From Phoronis australis (Eukaryota > Animalia > Phoronida), in contig NMRA01000411.1 of assembly GCA_002633005.1 (NCBI GenBank), positions 229,083-293,082 of the forward strand: a stretch of DNA of 64,000 nt, in the 5' to 3' direction. A program made the position numbers and the translations under genes. The notes under the pieces were generated by a model that saw only the letters and a program-made list of their open reading frames with translations, searched no databases and was not told the DNA's origin. Position 1 is the first letter of the stretch. Every line of letters begins with the position of its first letter. Of the stretch, positions 40,803 to 53,853 are shown piece after piece.

Positions 40803-41097
40803 GCGAGAAATGTCCGAAATACTTCACATCATGTACCGTATGGAAGTTCATTTTTTTAAAGTAGAAATTTACTCATTTGAAACTTAGGAATTATGTGTGA
40901 TCGTTATCAGATATTTGGAAATTAAATGTTGCAAAGATATTATGATTCTGTGAGGTGATGAACAATGAGAGAAGATAACTTCATTATTGTAATGCTGTTT
41001 CCTAACTAGTTGAGACTAACTATAATCCATTTTTAATGGTATACAATGTTTGAAGAATTGAAGAGGTTGGAGAGATTAAATGGTCAAGTCAGACAAC

Positions 41098-41193
41098 AGT
41101 CACTGACGGGTCCTAGATTTTGAGAACCAGTTTAATGCCTGTTATTCAGTGGAGAAAACTGGTTCTCAACATGTAGGACCCCTGCAAGCGACC
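41098..41193. mobile_element. Palindromic element family P copy 3
   Basis: GGGTCCTAGATTTTGAGAACCAGTTT ... AAACTGGTTCTCAACATGTAGGACCC; loop nearly identical to copy 1. Confidence 0.8.
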
Positions 41194-41439
41194 TTTCCGT
41201 AAACGAAAAAAATTGTTGCAGTGGGGTTTTGTTGTTACACAAGGGTATGAATGGGGTAAAAACAACAATACTTGTGGTCAGGGACTACTAAAGGACAGTC
41301 TTGATCATCCTGTTTCGAAAAGTATGTCTTGGACGAGACGGCTGAGGCCAGAAAATGATAGCTGACCAACTCGACAAAAGACACAAAGTAAGAGTTGGAT
41401 ATAGATGCTCAGAAATTTTATTGAAACCTAAAACCTGAT

Positions 41440-41457
41440 NNNNNNNNNNNNNNNNNN
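41440..41457. other. Assembly gap (18 N)
   Basis: Run of N. Confidence 0.99.
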
Positions 41458-44400
41458 GGAGTGGGGTGGGAATTATTTTTGTCTGAAATTGCGAAGATTT
41501 TACCATAATCATTTTAAATATTGTTACTGGTTATAACTATGAATCTATTTACGAAGGATAAACTTTGGTCTTGGAAAAGTAGGTCACTAAGGAGTGTTAA
41601 TTTATGTATGAGGTAACACACTAAATATGTAGCTTCCTGTGGAGAGGAAAGGTAAACAAACACATTTGCTCATTTTTCAGAGGAAATGGGATGGTTTTCT
41701 ACAAAATGATATCAATTCTTCACCTGTTTAGCTTCCAATATGGCAGAAAATAGAATCATATTTTATCGAATTTTTAAGCGAAATAAATGCGCACTGAGAA
41801 ATTTCTCCTTCATAAGTAATTACGATTCATACTGCATCGCAACAACACTTGTTTTCAGCAAAGCACTGAATCTGTGAAGAATCAAAATGCGACAATTTTT
41901 TGTGTTGATACATGATTATTTTACTTTATTAAATCTTGCAATTCTGTGCTCTTCATATGCAGAGTTCATGAAGCAGTTATGTTTTCTGAGGTTTTTCACT
42001 CGAAATGGTAATTCATATTTTCAAGAATTGGTTTCTAGCCTATTTAAATTGTTAAGTAATTAAGCTGTTCTGAAAAGGCGCATTTTGGAAAAGTGCTTGT
42101 GTATGAATGGACCAAAAAGGACATTTCAAGATCTGGTTTGTGATCCTTGGGCAAGAACAACAAATTGTTCTGCAATTAAATAATGTATTGGATTTTATTG
42201 AATATATTTTGACAGGGTAGCCTGTTCAGTTAATCACAGCTTTCCAATAAAATTGCACAATTACAAGTTGTAATTAACAAATCAATTAAAACGGTATTTT
42301 TTACTAAAATGCAGCAAAGAAAATAAGAAAGCTGATGATTCGCTTAGTGAAAATGTAAGGTATGAGTTGGTGTGAGCAGAAATGTGATAGAAAATTTGGA
42401 TTGTAGACGAACCTTGCATTGACCACCATGCTACTGTGTCTTGTGAAAGCCAGGACTTACTGTCTGGAGAAGGACTGGTTCTTCTCAGAAGATGCATTTG
42501 AAAGTGGTGTTAAAATGGGTCACCCAATCTGTGGTTTACATCAGGAGATTCTCGTTAAAGTAAAGTCCCACCAATTTAGGACCTAATATGGCGGACAAGA
42601 GTTCCATTTCATTTGATCATTTTCTCCATGAAGGACGTGTAGCACCAAAGTAAATATTTATCGTGTTCAGGTTTTACTGAAAGTACTGTCAGATAATGTT
42701 TAATTTGAAAATAGTGTTAAAAGTCCTTAAAAATGAAGTTTTAGGACCAATTCTGCTTTGCAAGACTGCAGTGAAACCTCGCCAATTTTGGAAACAAAAT
42801 GGCGGACGGCTGGAAGCTACCTTCTATTTTTTACTTTGTCATTGATACTTCCCCCAATAGACAATGTTTTGACTGGCAAACTTGTGGGCAATCACAACAT
42901 TACCAGTGGCCACTGAAAAAGAAAAAAGATCAGTTTTGGCAATAAACGTGTGAGATTTTTTTGTTTTTTCTTCAAACATGAAGTGGGATTTAACAATGGA
43001 AGATATTTTCGTTCTGTGTCTTCTATGTGTGAGCAGTTAAACTAAAAAACTGAATCGTCACGAGGTTTCTGGAAATGTTCCTTTGATATGGTGACTGTTA
43101 AACAATTGTCAACATACTAATCCTTGGAAAACGTGGGTGCAGGTGTACCAGGTTTTTTGTTTGACTGATGTGGTTATGTAATACAGTGGATGTAATAACT
43201 TAGTGTGGTTATCAGATGATTTGCAGAGGTGTGTACTGGGAGAGTACTGTCTGAGTCAGTCTTGTACTGATTTAGCAGCATTTACTGTCTATCCAAACTC
43301 ATAAAGAGGCTGTAGGCCTGTACTTTGTCCATGAAGCGAGAGCGTTTGATTTGGACCACTTGCCACTGTAAAGTTGGGCCTTGACATGTTCCTTACTCAG
43401 GTAGAAGATTTCTGAGTGTGCAAGAACAGACAGTTTGTTATTCCTTGAGACATTGGTCAGTGTATAAAATGACACACTGTGACAACTTGCACAGTCTGCT
43501 CTTTAGCAGAGATGTATTTTTCCGGGTTTTGCCTTAATTTGGTTTTTTTTATTGTTAGTAAGACAAAAGAACTGTTAAGCCATGTTCAGGTTTTTTAATA
43601 AAAATTTAGCGACTTCAGATTTTTTAAACAAATTACAGCTCTGCTTTAGCAGTAACGAGTAATCTCTGAACTCACCTTGAAGTTGACTATTTTTTGACTA
43701 ACGAACAATCCGAGACCAATGTCAGTTTTGTATTTATGGTCACTTTTACTTTAACTTTGTCACATGCAAGCTGTCCCATACAATTGACGGTTGTATTTTT
43801 CCTAGAACAAATGATTCTGTTTTCACTGACTGTTTGCTTTTCGTAAGATATGACACTGGTTATCAAATATCATTCACTTAATGAATTAAGTTTTTCATGC
43901 AGGTCCATGTCACAGCAGTTAAGATTGCTGACCGCCAGCTTGCAGTGACAGTCTGCATTCATGCTCTGAAATGCATCAGCGTTTAAGCCAGGAAGATGTG
44001 CAACATAGTCTTTGTTAACATTCATTTATTGAATGGAAGCAGATTTGTTGATACACTTGAGTTCTAATGCAAGGATATTTATCTTCTATGCAGCCTGCCT
44101 GAATGCAGGTTGTCTGAGATTTTATTTTTGGTGTTCATATGGAGTTCTAGGCACACACTAAACTCACACAGAGAGAAACAGGCAGACAAGCCTGGCTTTA
44201 TGGTCCTTTATCATTACTCAGCTTAGTGAATACTCTGTCTGCAATATACAGGGTCCAGGGCCCTGTGACATAGGCCTGTCATGCCAGCTGTGTGTCTGGC
44301 CAGTGGAGAGGCGAGACTGTCCATGTGATTAAATCCAACTGTTGAGGTCTGCCAGCAAGGCATGTATAATGGATGGGAATCTGTGCATTTAGTCTATGCA

Positions 44401-45176
44401 CATTCTGGGGCTACTGACAGCCAAAGTGTTGTCCTGCAGTGTGGATGATCGTTTACTTATTGATTAATTAGCCTCCCAGACGTCCTTTGGGAAATTAACC
44501 TGTGAGTGTTCAGACTCATTTTAAGCACAAGCTTTCTCCATTGTAGGAACGGTTGGACATCCGCTGCCATCATGGATTTTGTGGGTTGACTGAAACTTAT
44601 GTCCTTTCCAAGTTCTGATTGAACGGAACGTCCTCCATGTTGCAGGTGGTGAGTTTTTGTTTTGTTAAATGTTTAGCCTGTGCTGGCAGCTCGTCTTGGT
44701 CTAGTTCACTAAAGTCTGAAGATGTGTGGACTGGTACAATGGCGGTGTGTGGAGGATGTGCTGGACTACACGGGCAGGACCGATTTTTCTTACCAGGTGT
44801 AGCAACACAATTCAACGGTTTCCAATTAGCAGAACCATTGTTTTTTAGTTTTATGGTGAATGTGAGTCGATGAAAAAACTATTCTAATGCCGTAACCTTC
44901 CAATAAGAAAAGTATTTAAAATCGTCCTGATAGTCCTGTATTTGGCATCAGTTTGCAGTATTTAGGCTGTTTCATTCACTTCTTTGCCACTAACTTCGGT
45001 TTTAACATTCTAATATCTGAAACAAAATCAAGATATGGCATTAGTGCTGAACTGCAGTCAGTTTTTCAGTAGTGCATGATTCATTTAGTGGAGTCTGGAT
45101 CATTATTGGCAATTCCATCTACCAATAACCCCTGTCTGACACACTCATAAATCTGAACAAAAGAGCTCCTTCATTT

Positions 45177-46542
45177 GAAAAAAGTTTGCCTGTCTGCCAT
45201 TGGCGGTGGGCTTGTTTGGGGGGGACTTTAGAATGACGTAATCTGTCTGTCTGTCTGTCTGTCTGACTGGGGAGTGGTGGAAGAGGTGGAAAAAGCTTGG
45301 GATTAAAATAAATTCAAGCGCATTTTTACAACAGTCTTTTACTCCTACGGTTGATCTCTCATTGAATACCTTCATGTTGGGATTGTAAGAATTGTGATTG
45401 TATATGGTACACATAAAATGCTGGACTACTCGAAATAAATATAAAGGCATGAGGTAAAATTCTCCTGTGTGGGACACAATATGACTGATAAGTGAAGTTA
45501 AATTTTGTTAAATATCCCAAAAATTCATTGAATTCTTTGGTCTCTTTTTAACACGGTTTGCATGGCATGGCGTCTTTGTTTCATCATTTGGGGAAACTTT
45601 GTACATTTGTATCGTGAAACTTGAAAAAAGAAAAAAAATTAATTTTATATTAGGTGTTCTCCATAATCAAGAATTTTTACCATAATCTCTATATTTATTC
45701 CTTCAGATGTGTTTATAAAAATAATAACTAATATTTAGTTTTGTTTATCACCAAGTTCTGACGCTAAGATTTTTGAAAATACAATGGCAGATAAATTTTT
45801 ATTGTCTTGAAAAATTGCAATTCTTTGTGGGATGCATTTTTTAACATTGACATATTTATTNGAAAAAAGTTTGCCTGTCTGCCATTGGCGGTGGGCTTGT
45901 TTGGGGGGGGACTTTAGAATGACGTAATCTGTCTGTCTGTCTGTCTGACTGGGGAGTGGTGGAAGAGGTGGAAAAAGCTTGGGATTAAAATAAATTCAAG
46001 CGCATTTTTACAACGGTCTTTTACTCCTACGGTTGATCTCTCAGTGAATACCTTCATGTTGGGATTGTAAGAATTGTGATTGAACATTGGTACACATGAA
46101 ATGCTGGACTACTCGAAATAAATATAAAGGCATGAGGTAAAATTCTCCTGTGTGGGACACAATATGACTGATAAGTGAAGTTAAATTTTGTTAAATATCC
46201 CAAAAATTCATTGAATTCTTTAGTTTCTTTTTAACACGGTTTGCATGGCATGGCGTCTTCGTTTCATCATTTGGGGAAACTTTGTACATTGTATCGTGAA
46301 ACTTGAAAAAAGAAAAAAAATTAATTTTATATTAGGTGTTCTCCATAATCAAGAATTTTTACCATAATCTCTATATTTATTCCTTCAGATGTGTTTATAA
46401 AAATAATAACTAATATTTAGTTTTGTTTATCACCAAGTTCTGACTCTAAGATTTTTGAAAATACAATGGCAGATAAATTTTTATTGTCTTGAAAAATTGC
46501 AATTCTTTGTGGGATGCATTTTTTAACATTGACATATTTATT
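45177..46542. other. Scaffold junction (N at 45861) with ~680-bp allelic duplication
   Basis: 45177-45860 is repeated at 45862-46542 with scattered substitutions and indels (G7/G8, TCTG copy number). Confidence 0.93.
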
Positions 46543-46929
46543 TCTTTAATATAAGTTAAAATTTTCCTGATATGTGATAAGCATTTATAATCTTTCATTT
46601 AGAGTTAAATAACCGTTAAATGTTAAAACAAAAATCAGCACCTTTATGTAGTGCTCCAAATTGCTACCTTATATTCTAATAGTGAATGGTTTAGCTAATT
46701 GTCAGAAATTTTTACTTTGTAAACACGGAGTGAGAAGTACTGAGGTTAACTTTATTTTACAAATAAATGTGCTATTAATTTTATATATAACGCTGGTATC
46801 AATTTAAATTTTAGCCGTTGAAGTTATGCAGTTTGAACGAAATAATGATATGCCCATTTTGTAACTAATTATGTTACAATAAATAATGGAGTTGGAAAAA
46901 CATTGGAGAAGACAAGAGGAATGTTTGCA

Positions 46930-46980
<51 letters not shown>
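46930..46980. repeat. (AAT)17 microsatellite
   Basis: Perfect run. Confidence 0.98.
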
Positions 46981-47224
46981 CACAATAATAGAATAAATAA
47001 AATAGATGTGTGTCTTCTTGATGCAATGTCAGCCTGAGGCGGAACTTTTCCCATGTAGAAATAAATTACATTAAATGTACAAATAATAGAAAAATGTGTA
47101 GCGTATTGCATTGGTTCATACGAGAAGATACTACATAGTTTCACCAATTTAGGACAAAATATTATAGACAAATGAAATAAATATTCTACTAAATGATAGG
47201 TAGCACCAAATAAATATATAATTT

Positions 47225-47600
47225 TAAATTAGGGTAACTGCCTTGGGTTGTGTTTTAAGAACTTGTGTGCATTTATTGGAAAAATGAAAAAGATCAGTTT
47301 TGGCAGTAATTTTGTGCAACATTGGTAATTTGGCTCTATAGAAGTTGCAGCTCTGAGCAGGTGAGTTATGGGTCTTGCTCACGTAGGTATTGCTTATGAA
47401 GTGGTACAAAACTGCTGGAGGTTTCTCTAACCAAGTTTTATGAATACCAAGACATGGTGTTCGTGGTGAGGTGTGTTGGCTTGGATGTTGTGAGATCATT
47501 TTTTTCAAACATTTTGATTGGGCTGTGATTGAGGTCCTGAGGAGAGCTTAAGGCTGGCATATTATTTTGAAAGTCTAGGAAGTTGGTGAAAGTCATCTGT
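47225..47600 (-). mobile_element. Possible decayed LINE (CR1/L2-like) ORF2 fragment
   Basis: Overlapping minus-strand frames give ...TMSWYS and ...AQSCNFYRAKL...KTDLFHFSNK..LKTQPK, loosely like the endonuclease-RT linker; C/A-rich minus strand. No catalytic motif seen. Confidence 0.25.
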
Positions 47601-47617
47601 AAAAGGGAAATATTGGG

Positions 47618-47725
47618 GCTGTAGTCTGATATAACGTGTCCGTATTTTGAGAACCAGTTCGATGCCTGGTATTCAGTGGAGAAAACTGGTTTCAATATTT
47701 GAGCGCATTATATCAGTCCATTAGC
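47618..47725. mobile_element. Palindromic element family P copy 4
   Basis: CTGATATAA..TATTTTGAGAACCAGTT ... AACTGGTTTCAATAT..TTATATCAG; loop GATGCCTGGTATTCAGTGGAGA. Confidence 0.75.
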
Positions 47726-48729
47726 GATATTTGGATATATTATAAATTGGAGGGAGGGCCTGCCAGAATTGATGCATGTTTTTTCAATGGACAATCACTG
47801 TGGTAAACGTTGTAATATAATTGCCTAAACCTTGTTGGTGTTGAAAAGAATCCGTCTCAATTCGTCGCGAAAAACGAGTTGGGTTTTCAAAGTCCTTATG
47901 AGACTAGGGTTGGGGCACTGTTTTGGGGTGCAATAGTGTACCAAATATTGAACAGAAAAGAACAGGTATGTCACTTAAAGAAAATGAACCTGGTGCCTTA
48001 ATCAATACCTTGATAATGGAAGTACAGATGATTTGACAGTTTCATGCTTAATTATCAATTCAGTCGACTATGATGTGACATGAACCCAGTGTCTGGTCAC
48101 GCGCATGTTTGTCAATTATTGCCATAATCCGAAAACTTGTGTTTATGTTGTGGCCGCCATCTCATAATGAAGGAAAGCCAATTTAAATGCTGTGGTGCTT
48201 TCGATGACAAAGAAAACTATAGTAGTTTTGGAAATACTCCGCAAAGTTGCGAATTTTTGTTTTATTTTTACATCATTGTGATTTGAACATAATGATGATG
48301 TAATGGTCATAAACAACTCAAAATATGATTCTTAGGGTATATGCAAAAATAACACCGAAAAATTGTTGAAGATTGAAAGTTTGGGTGCATTAACTAAGAA
48401 AGTGACTCTTGCATTTTTTTGTTTTGGGACTTGCAGTTTGAGTCCAGAACCGACAGACATGCGAATCTTAGAATTTATAACTCATCTCTAAGTGTTGCTC
48501 TCTTAAACAAACCCATACAAAAATAATCTAGAACTTGGAACACTCACATGGGTCAATGGTATATTGGATGTTTGGCTGAGATGGTGACTTTTTCACTATC
48601 ACATTTTCTATATACAAAAGGATGCATTTACGTCTAAATTTCCTTCAAAAGTTCATTTTCTGAGCTAGAACTCAAAACGATTGTTCATTTTCCAGGAGAA
48701 TGTACTCAAAAAAAGGTTTTCACGTTATA

Positions 48730-49046
48730 TCTTGGTGACGTTTTTATGGTTTAAAAATGTCTTTTTAGGCTTGTTGTTGGGTGGGATAGGCTTTTTGAAG
48801 TTACTGGGTTTGACCAGAGCTATAGAACTGTAAAATCCGTCATATTTATGAGTTATAATGTCAGTTCTCACAATTTGCTTCCAGAAATTCACTGACTTTA
48901 CCAAGTTACAGTTAAATACTGTGCCATTAATTAACTGGGATTTAGTTCAGCCAGCACAGTGTTTTACTGTGACTGCGAAGGTCCCAGATTTGAATGCACG
49001 TTGGGGGTGATCTCAGAAAATCACTTTTCTAGTTGGTAATGCCACT
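48730..49046 (+). mobile_element. Family K copy 4
   Basis: Reverse complement of the ATAGCTCT..CAAA...TAACTTCAA.AAG.CTATCCCA block at ~48782-48825; tRNA-like GGGATTTAGTTCAG... at 48937; TCTCAGAAAATCACTTTTCT tail. Left boundary approximate. Confidence 0.65.
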
Positions 49047-49861
49047 TCAATGCTTGCTGCGTCAAAAGAACTCTGAGCTTTGTTATTCAAAGCTATCGAC
49101 AAAACAAGCATTTGGTAGGGTTTAAAACCCCTACAAATGGTTATGTTGGAAACCTCTGTACAAAAGGGCGACTTTGCCGTAGATGTTTCAATAAATGGGT
49201 CCTGCTTGCTCATAGTATAATTGTTACACTTATGCAGAAGTCTTGTTAAAGTGAGCAGGTGTTTAAAGGTCTGCTAACCAATCACGTGTAGACAATTCAT
49301 ACCCAAAGAACGCTAGTACTGTTGGGTACCGCTACTCCTTTGGCCACTTCTGAAGTCCCACTTCAAAATGTTACCAACTCTTTGTAACAGATTCTTTGAC
49401 ACTTGGCAGTCTTGTGTCTGGAGGCTTGAAGACCAGCTGCTTGACCAATAAGACTAGTTTGTGCCTGGTGTGTGTGTGTGTTGCTGTCTTCAGACTCTGT
49501 TGGGATGGTTACGCTGCCAGAAAACAAACAAGTACAGTTGATCTAGGCCAAAGTTTTTCCGCTGATAGCCTTAGACAGCTGTCTAGCTAAGAGCATAATA
49601 CTTTTGAAACCTAAGTTCTCAGTGAGCTTGAGCGAGATGAGTGGAGATTGACACAATGCTCTCTCTCTCTCTTGTTGCCGTAGTTCTCAACTGTACTAAC
49701 ACACTGGGTTAACACCCAAGACGGTTTTAATTGGAAAACGTGGAATGGGGACATCGGAGGGATTACAAGACGGCCTAACATTCGCGCGCACAATCAGTTT
49801 TGCGAGTGCATAAGCTGTTATTAAGTTTTAGAGATAATGCTTTCTAGTGCTTTCTGAGATT

Positions 49862-49987
49862 TAGATGCATTTACATGCTCCTAACTATGCTAGTGTACAG
49901 CAGGCACTAAATGACAATGCTATTTCAACGTAATTTACGTTAAACAAAGTGCAGTTGTATTCATTGACAACTTGTGAATGTGAAAAC
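49862..49987 (-). repeat. Dispersed repeat, inverted copy of 63189-63321
   Basis: Reverse complement GTTTTCACATTCACA..TGTCAAT..ATACAACTGCACTTTGTTTA...CATTGTCATTTAGTGCCTGCT..GCATAGTTA aligns to 63189-63321. Confidence 0.8.
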
Positions 49988-51376
49988 TAAAAGTTCTCAC
50001 CTTTGAACTAATGACGTACCTCATGGGTTCACGTAGCCCACAACATGAAGTGTTATTCCCCAGTACCACCACTCGATACTTACTGGATATGGTTCAGTGA
50101 CTTCCGGCGGATCATTTTTGCCACAAAACTCGAATTCTTAAAAATATTTAACAGTTTTTAAAGTACTTCAATTTCACATCTTCGTTACATGTTGTGTTTC
50201 TAACTAATTTGACCAAGATCCTGCAAGTTTGGTACATTGTATTTTTCATAATAAACAGCTACTGTGACTGTTCATTTTCTCATGCATAACTAAATAAAAT
50301 AGTGCGAAACGTTCTGTTCGGTTGGCTGCACCAGTTTAACATATGACGGTGCTATGACACTCTGGTGTTCCCAGAGGACTTAAAATAAACACTGTTGCCT
50401 TCACTTGTGTTAATTCAGTGCTCACGCACCCGGCTTGGTATACGGGCTTCATGCGTCCTGAACGAGTCTGCAAATCCTTGTCCCCATTTTCACATTATAG
50501 TTTTTGGTCTTTTTTCTTGTATTTTGGGAGTTCGGTATTATGCAGGAGTTACAAGTTTAAAAAAGTGCAGTTAATTCAGCAATTTCTTAATCAGTTTGTG
50601 CACTACTTATGTCTTGTTAACTTCCCCCTTTTTCTATGCACATGTCTTGTAGAAAGCCATGGTCTTCTCCCAACTGACTGTACAGAACTGCCAAGAGATT
50701 TACCAGTTCTTTGTGAGGTCTGAAATCTGTTCTTATCTTGATAAAGAACAGCAGGAGACCAAATTGTGTACTATAAATAGAATAAATTGGAAGTTGACAT
50801 TAAATTTTGTAACTCAGAGCTGATGTACCTTCTGACTACAGGCCTTATTGGTCTGAAGCTGTAAGTCACGTTAAGGTTTCCTTTTCTGAACAGTTAGGTG
50901 TCTGTTATAGAGCTGGATTTCATAAGGAACATTGCCACTCAAAATAACTTGGAAGGTTGATGCAGTGTTCGTTTGAGAAAACTGTTTCAAAATCCTAACT
51001 TTCGTCTTGTTGTGACTGTTCCAGGATGCAATCTAATCTTCGAGAACACATTTCACATTTTAAGGAACTTGAGTGGTCTCTCAACACAGTTTCAACTCCC
51101 CTGCAGACGGTGAATGAACTTTTCCAAACCCAGACATCTAATCAACATAATATGCTTGTTGAGGGCTACTGACCTGTGGTCAGTTTCACAGTCCATTAGA
51201 ACCGCTGCAGGTGACCAGCCTTGAAGTGACAAACCAGTCCTTGGGCTGGAACTTAGAGGGGTTCTGGAAAGCTTCATTCTGGTTTTTCATTTTTTGTTGA
51301 ACCTTTGGGCAAGCGTATACACTCTGTGGTAAGTCTATGCATTGCCATAGTGTGCAGAGAGTGCCTTAGGGACATT

Positions 51377-51404
51377 CAGTTACGTAACTGCACTGTTATG
51401 TAAG
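51377..51404. promoter_or_regulatory. Tandem PAR-bZIP/D-box-type sites
   Basis: 14-bp perfect palindrome CAGTTACGTAACTG (51377-51390) followed by GTTATGTAAG (51395-51404). Confidence 0.4.
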
Positions 51405-51441
51405 AGCCACTAAGCTGATCCATTCTTAAGCTGAAGAGGTC

Positions 51442-51597
51442 TGGGGTCCCTTCCAAGAAAACTGACTTATCTGAGACGAATCTTAAAATTTCAGTCAATT
51501 TTAAGGTAAAACTTGAATTTGTCTCAAGTTCGTTTCAAGAAAGAGATCTTAAGTTTCTTAATTTTGACGAACTTGGAAGTTCGGAAGTTGAGACAGA
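51442..51597 (+). mobile_element. Family H1 copy (Harbinger-like GGGGTCCCTTCCAAGAAA left end)
   Basis: Inverted match to 7560-7725. Confidence 0.7.
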
Positions 51598-53340
51598 TCT
51601 TTAACTGGTAAGTCAAAAATGCACTTGTCATTTTCTTGGCACGGGGGGTGGGGGGGGTTCCAGGACTGTATAATTATGCTAATTTTGAAGGCTATTAGGA
51701 GCTATCTGACTTAAGCTATCAGGCAAAGACTGTGTGGGCATTAATTGAATTAAAAGATACAGTTACACGCTTGATGAAGAGTTTCAGTCTTCAAAGGATA
51801 TCTGTATTGCAACTGAAAATGAAATCATGAGAAGTAGCAATGTGGAAAGTTATGAAACGTGGCTTCTTATTGAATGACAGAACAAAGTAATGTTCAGTCA
51901 TTATTATTGGTTGGGAAACATCATTCTGATTGGGTATGTACACTGATGCCCAGTCATGGATTTTTGTGCATTGATCATCATTTTGCTGGGCAGATATTTT
52001 TAGGTCTAGGTAGATACTGCACTGGTTTTGGAATAACTTAGAACTATGCTTTGGTGCAAAGCTCTTGCTGTCAGTTTTACAATATGGTCAAATTGCAACT
52101 TAGTTTGCTTTCAATTGCATCTTTAAACTGTGAGGTTTTTTCTTAAAAACATAATGGTTCTATGAAATTGCTCTATCGTTTTTGATAACACCTACTTCAT
52201 AGTAACCCAAATAATATTTTTTATTAATTCTGAAATAAATGTTTACTTCAAAGTTATGTGTTGATCAAAACATTTTTTTTTTAAATTTCAGCATGCTTGA
52301 TATGCCTGAGCAAATAAGTCAAACCCAAAGTATTATTGATTTTAAATTCCCAGGGTATTTATACATTGCTGTGTGTCAGTCACTAAGTGCTTCAAGTGTT
52401 GAGCGCACTAGAATAGGTCAGGCCAACAGACTGGGCTGAAAATCCGAACCCCAAGTGTACTCTTGCTGAGAAGAATAAAAGTTGTCACAGTAATTTAAAA
52501 TATTAAGTCCAGACTTACTTGAATTAGTCATATAATTGAGATGACTTTTATGATTCGCGGTGTGGTTGGGTCTTAAAAATGGATCGTGATTTTAAATATT
52601 GTCAATGCGGCTTACTCTAAATGTAAATCTTCCAGGCTGTGTTTTGTAATGCAAGTTTCTTGCAAGAAACATGAGGTCACACAAGTGTGAGATATCGCAG
52701 TGCATTACAAACGAGCACGTGATCACACTTGACTCACAAATGTCACATCAAATTTTTTGTCCGGGATCTAAGGAATGAGCATACACGCGGAAAACTGATA
52801 TCAAAATTGTATGTGATATTTCGCAATCCTTTTGCTGCCAATTGGAGACTGGCTTTTCCCACCAATTCATATTTTTGGGATTGTGTTATGATATTATAAG
52901 GACAGCTATCGTGTATACATTTATGTTAAGGTTACGCTCCTAAGAACAGTCGTCGAGACGTTGATTATGCGAATAACAATGACTGATTCTTTTATCCAAA
53001 ATAAGTTGCTGATCACTACTGCCATAATAACGTAGTGGCGCTAACAACATCGCATCACACATGGGAGACAACTACGGTAACTGACATTAAGACAAAGGGT
53101 GTGTGCAATAGCGAAAATAGCTTAATAACTAGCCCGACGATTTTGCCAAAAACATTTTTTAGAAAATGGGTATATCTGGAGCAGGGTATGTTAACCGTTT
53201 GGGTTCTTAAGGTCGCTAGTCTCGTGCAGTTTGCCATACAAAATCATATATTTCATAATGCACAAAATTTAACATTTATTATTGCAAAATTCAAAAAATG
53301 ATTTTTCGTGGAAAATTGCATCATAGAGGCTATCTGCAAA

Positions 53341-53853
53341 GTGACTTCTGATTGTGTTTCGTGATCTGGGAAAAATATAAGAAGTCGCCACAGCAAGAAT
53401 CAAAGTTGGACAATAATTCATCCAAAATTTGCTTAAAAATTTGTGGTGACTTCTTAACTTGACAGTAACTTTTTCCCAAGATTCAATACTTTTGTTACAG
53501 TATTGCTTCCTTAATTTGTTGAAATCAATGAGTGAATTTGCTCTCCTAAGCAGTCAGCACATATCAACAAGCACTTTACTGACAACAGGAAGTAAACATA
53601 CCACGGAATTCGGAATTGTTTGGCAAAAAGGGGGCAAGATCGATTAGTATATCCGATCGTCTGCGTTCTCGGTTGGTATGAGAAATTGAGTTAGAGATTG
53701 AATGGTGTGTATTCACGTGAGAAATGGAAGAGGTATGCATAAATTTTGTAATAATGCTTGTTGACAACGGCACGACTTTTTAGTCGGCGACTTTTGACCT
53801 TAGGTTTTGACGACCTCGGTTTTCATTTGGCCACCTGGATTTTAGCTAAGGCG
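53341..53853. mobile_element. Family M copy 2
   Basis: Colinear diverged match to 32303-32830. Confidence 0.65.
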
